A stretch of 64,000 bases of DNA from Macrostomum lignano (lineage: Eukaryota): the NCBI GenBank assembly GCA_002269645.1, contig NIVC01002418.1, positions 1 through 64,000 on the forward strand, in the 5' to 3' direction. Positions within the stretch are counted from its first letter, which is position 1. The number at the start of each line of letters is the position of its first letter. Below, piece by piece: positions 61,591-64,000 of the stretch. Both the position numbers and the translations under genes were made by a program. The notes under the pieces were generated by a model. The model had not been told where the DNA came from. It saw only the letters and a program-made list of their open reading frames with translations, and ran no database searches.

Positions 61591-62938
61591 TAAACTTTAA
61601 TTATGCAAGATCTGAATTGGATTGACAACTAAAATTGCGATGCGTGGACACTGGGATCTGAATTGGGATTTGGGATTTTAATTCTTGAGATCTATATTCT
61701 TCATGGATTGGAATTATCAGCTGATCGCATTGGGATTGGGATAGAAATTTCCGCCCCGGGACTGAATGGGGTGAGTGATTTGTATCAGTTTTGGTTGCTG
61801 TTCAGTGGGATCTGAATTTGAATGCGGAAAAAAAATCTTATAAAAAAGTTAAAAATAAACGGAATTTTTCTCCTTTCCTACATAAATATTTCCGTAATTA
61901 TATGCATACCAAGCAGTGCAGTGAGTTTAATCGGTGCAAATTTACTCAAAACTGAGTCAGAACAAGAGAAAAACAGGCTATTTGGAAAAATCAAAAAACT
62001 ATTGGCAGGTCATCGGAAGGTTGAGCAACTGCTTGCCATTGTGAATGGAAGGACGCGGAATAAACCGTGGCCTTGAGAGTACTCTCTGGTTGGTTGGTTG
62101 GTTGGTGGAAAAATAAGGACATGTCATATGCATGAACCTTCAGTTCAGCGTTGGGAAAAGGACGTGAGCGGTTCGGAGGCGAAAGGTAAAGAAGAAAAAA
62201 ACAACTCCCAAGATTAGAATGACAAAAAGAATGAAGTAAGCGCTTCACCAAGTTAGTAAAATCAGCTGTTTTGCGACCGCCCCTCCATTTTCTCTCTCTC
62301 TCTACCAGGCCTTTTCAATAATAGCAGGTTCGCCTTGCGAGATCGCCCATGGCGCCCTGTGCTGTGGAAGAGGAAGGGGGGTTGACGAACCGGTCAGCTG
62401 ACTCTGAAAACAGCCAACCCCGCACACTGTACTGAAAGAGAAGAGGGGGCTGGGTTAATTGCGAGAGCGTAAAGCCCACCCCACTCCCCACGCTGCGGAG
62501 AACTTGGATAGATAAGGGGGACGGCTGTTAGAGAGAGGGTGGCCGTTGATTGGGCACAGGGAGAGACAGCCACCCCGCCCCTAGAGCGATTTTGAGGGGT
62601 TCGGGGGGTCTGGATCTATCTATAAAGAGCGCGAGGGCTCTCATTTTATTGAATGTAGGACTGCTTGCAAGTTTATTACCCAAACGGTCCATTCCGCTAA
62701 TAGTTTAAGTCCCTAGATTAACCTTTTTAAGATCTTATCATAATTTATTTTAGTTTTACGTTATAGCTGGTCATTATTACGCTTTTTACGCTTCTCTTTG
62801 TATTTAGTTTGTAAAGATTTGACTGTCGCCTTTGCACTATTATTTTGTTTACTTGTAGCTCAAGCCTTTATTTAATACAGTGCTAGCTTGAATTCAATAA
62901 ACGATTATATTTAATTAGACATACTCGGAATCTGAATT

Positions 62939-64000
62939 ATGGTACACAACATGTCCGACAGTCGTAGAAAACGCAGAAAGAGCAGCAAGAAATTCTCTTA
63001 CAGTGGCAGTTACTCTGCTTCAAGCGAGGAACTGGCCAATATTAATAATAGCAACATTAGCAACAAGGTGCAGATTCGAGAGCAGGTGAGTTTGTCAACT
63101 GATTAAAATCTAGTAGTGATTAATTCAATGATAAATGTCCAAAGAAAGTACCAAAGTACCAAAGACCAAATTTTAACTATTTAACTCTGCAGACCGAAGT
63201 CCATTCCGTGACGCAGCTTCAGCAGGTTTCCCCGCCGCCACCGCCGCCGCCTCGGTCTCTGCTGCCCGACGGCCTCGAAGAGGGCATCTATCGACTGCTG
63301 GATGCCGAGATGGTGTACCATCCGAGAACAGATTGCCTGCTGAATAATACGGTGAGATCAGTGGGGTCCAGTGCATTCGGTGGCTTAGCCCCCGAGGGGG
63401 GGGGGGAGGTCAAGGGGGTCTGGGTAACTCTGGGTAAACGGCAGTAGTAACTCTAACTGTCTTATTAAGGCTAAATGCCTCGTCAGCTAACTAGTGCCTT
63501 GTCTTTTTTCTGGTGGGCATTTTTGCGACTTACATTGCCAGTTACCTTACCTGGGCCCCTTGCCAGCCGGCCGGATTGGCCGGATCGGCTGGGTGTTGCG
63601 CATGTATGTCTACATGTATTCAAAATTTTCAAATGAACGATATTGTGTATCATTTTGTTCTTTCGTTACTTAATCAGTTATAGTATGAATATAAACAAAT
63701 GTATCGCTTCAAATAACTCTTAGACAAACCGCACGACGTCATAAATCTTTGTAAAAAAACGATTAACATTCGATTATAAAAAATTAATTTGTTTCTGTTT
63801 TGAGGGGAAGTACTTTCAAAATTTGCTATGCAGCTACTGTCAGTAGGCTAAGCGCGAATTTTGCCATTATTTTTGTTGAAAAATGCTAATAAGACAATTC
63901 AACATTTTCACCTGAAGGTCTGCGGCGACGACAAGGTGAACGCCGGCCTACGCGACGAGGCCATGTTCAGCCTTCGTTTCCTGCACAAACTTCACAACCT
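62939..64000 (+). CDS. Unidentified spliced gene, 5' part (exons 62939-63085, 63193-63351, 63918->64000)
   Basis: ATG followed by three exons joined by phase-0 GT-AG introns, with no stops: MVHNMSDSRRKRRKSSKK...REQ|TEVH...PPPPPPP...GIYRLLDAEMVYHPRTDCLLNNT|VCGDDKVNAGLRDEAMFSLRFLHKLHN. Confidence 0.75.

Noticed and set aside
62617-62650. TATA box plus initiator for the last gene
   Set aside because: TATAAA to candidate Inr spacing is only ~22 nt, shorter than the usual ~30, so it is not supportable without TSS data.

Overview
Eukaryotic (metazoan) genomic DNA with spliceosomal introns. GC-rich exons and minisatellite-filled introns resemble the flatworm Macrostomum, but this is inference only. 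Left end (1-8.7 kb): a head-to-head pair of nearly intronless DEG/ENaC channel genes and a UNC93A-like MFS gene, all interrupted by 1-2 nt indels. 8.8-27.4 kb: a stack of transposable elements. It holds two ~2 kb solo-LTR-like elements with 4-bp TSDs, several MITEs, a 6.5 kb CACTA/EnSpm element with a transposase and a BEN-like second gene, a tRNA-derived SINE with a 13-bp TSD, and an older decayed coding element that several of these interrupt. 27.9-50 kb: an orphan POC1 C-terminal fragment, dynein light chain LC8, TMEM129, a small membrane-protein exon, an enoyl-CoA hydratase, and a 9-exon gene encoding cadherin-like beta-sandwich, U-box-like, TPR and RGG regions. 51-62 kb is mostly satellite, minisatellite and microsatellite DNA. 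An unidentified spliced gene starts at 62939 and runs off the window. No CRISPR array, rRNA or intact tRNA gene was found. All family assignments come from motif recognition by eye; no database search was run.
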